A stretch of 33,894 bases of DNA. Source: a virus. Lineage: Duplodnaviria; Caudoviricetes. Shown here piece by piece: positions 33,317 through 33,894 of the stretch. The DNA lies in IMG/VR virus record IMGVR_UViG_3300016649_000134, positions 1 to 33,894 of that record; one strand, 5' to 3'. Each line of letters starts with the position of its first letter. Position 1 is the first letter of the stretch. The notes beneath the pieces are model-generated. The model worked only from the letters and a program-made list of their open reading frames with translations. It was not told the origin of the DNA and did no database searches. The position numbers were made by a program, and so were the translations under genes.

Positions 33317-33873
33317 GCGGCCCCCATCCCCAGCCGATGCTTCATCACCGCGTCAGGGAATCGCACCCCCTCCCATTCCCCCAACAGGGTGTTGCTCACG
33401 AAGTCGTACGGGTCGATCCCGCGTTCCCCCCATTCGCGGAGTGCCGCTTCCCATGCCGGGGCAAAATATTCCGCCGACACCTTCTTCTCCCGGAGCATCC
33501 GGACCAGCACCCTGCGCTTCCCCTCCAACGCGACGGGGGGTACGGTCCTGCTCCCCGGCCAACGTGTTATCCGGTCCATTTCGGCGGGGGTTGGGTCGCG
33601 CAAGGCGACATCGCTGGAAATGCCCCCAGTTGCGTCCGAAGGGGTCGGGTGCGGCGTGGACCCGTCCGAAGCGTTCGGACGCGCCACAGGGGAACGGCGG
33701 GCCGCTACGGACGAAACGGCGGGCTGTTTGGTCCCTTGCTTTGCAGAAATAACTCCCTCCCCTCCCCCTGCACCCCCACCCGAAGGGTGGGGGGTGTATG
33801 TAGTTGTGGATGTAGCAGCCATCGTTTTGCCATTGGGGTTGCCATTAGGGTTGCCAATGGGGTCGCCAATAGG
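33313..33873 (-). CDS. 3' part of the DUF1376-like replication initiator
   Basis: In frame with 1..315 across the join: ...GAAA|PIGDPIGNPNGNPNGKTMAATS... Confidence 0.75.
   Translation of the reverse strand, partial: PIGDPIGNPNGNPNGKTMAATSTTTYTPHPSGGGAGGGEGVISAKQGTKQPAVSSVAARRSPVARPNASDGSTPHPTPSDATGGISSDVALRDPTPAEMDRITRWPGSRTVPPVALEGKRRVLVRMLREKKVSAEYFAPAWEAALREWGERGIDPYDFVSNTLLGEWEGVRFPDAVMKHRLGMGAA
33829..33873. repeat. 12-bp tandem repeats, candidate origin iterons
   Basis: gccattggggtt, gccattagggtt, gccaatggggtc, gccaatagg. Confidence 0.7.
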
Positions 33874-33894
33874 CGCAGCGGCACCTCTGCGGCC
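33874..33894. repeat. Terminal direct repeat (right copy)
   Basis: Identical to 1-21. Confidence 0.95.

Noticed and set aside
82-33752. The many plus-strand ORFs in the track
   Set aside because: They are antisense shadows of tightly tiled minus-strand genes in GC-rich DNA, with no recognisable motifs
1-33894. tRNA genes or stop-codon reassignment
   Set aside because: No cloverleaf with T-loop consensus noticed; genes tile fully under the standard code and use all three stops

Overview
The window is an apparently complete, circularly closed ~33.87-kb genome of a GC-rich tailed dsDNA phage (Caudoviricetes). The first 21 nt are repeated at the end, and a DUF1376-like replication gene reads in frame across the join. 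All credible genes are on the minus strand. Read right to left, the order is: replication/early genes (PD-(D/E)XK-like nuclease, CsrA-like protein, RusA, DUF932, ERF, Gp157, HTH), terminase, a Mu-like head module (DUF935 portal, gpF, protease/scaffold, cement, capsid, gp36, gpG), a non-contractile-type tail module with a -1 frameshift chaperone and very short tape measure, fibre, membrane/lysis genes, a Cys-rich protein pair, a metallophosphoesterase and a small HExxH protein. I see no integrase, transposase, polymerase or recognisable endolysin. The most striking feature is the 544-aa gene between terminase and portal. It is an in-frame cassette array of five unrelated ~60-75 aa modules separated by six near-identical ~20-bp DNA repeats encoding SRPGAKAx(F/Y/M), a motif echoed in the scaffold. 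It may be a shuffled, protease-processed polyprotein of capsid cargo. Also notable: a 10-aa peptide shared between protease and capsid N-terminus with different codons; a family of early promoters with palindromic spacers and covarying two-hairpin leaders (GGA loops) alongside a CsrA-like gene; a candidate ~240-nt structured ncRNA; and a switch-like leader ahead of the replication gene. Family names come from motif recognition by eye, not from database searches.
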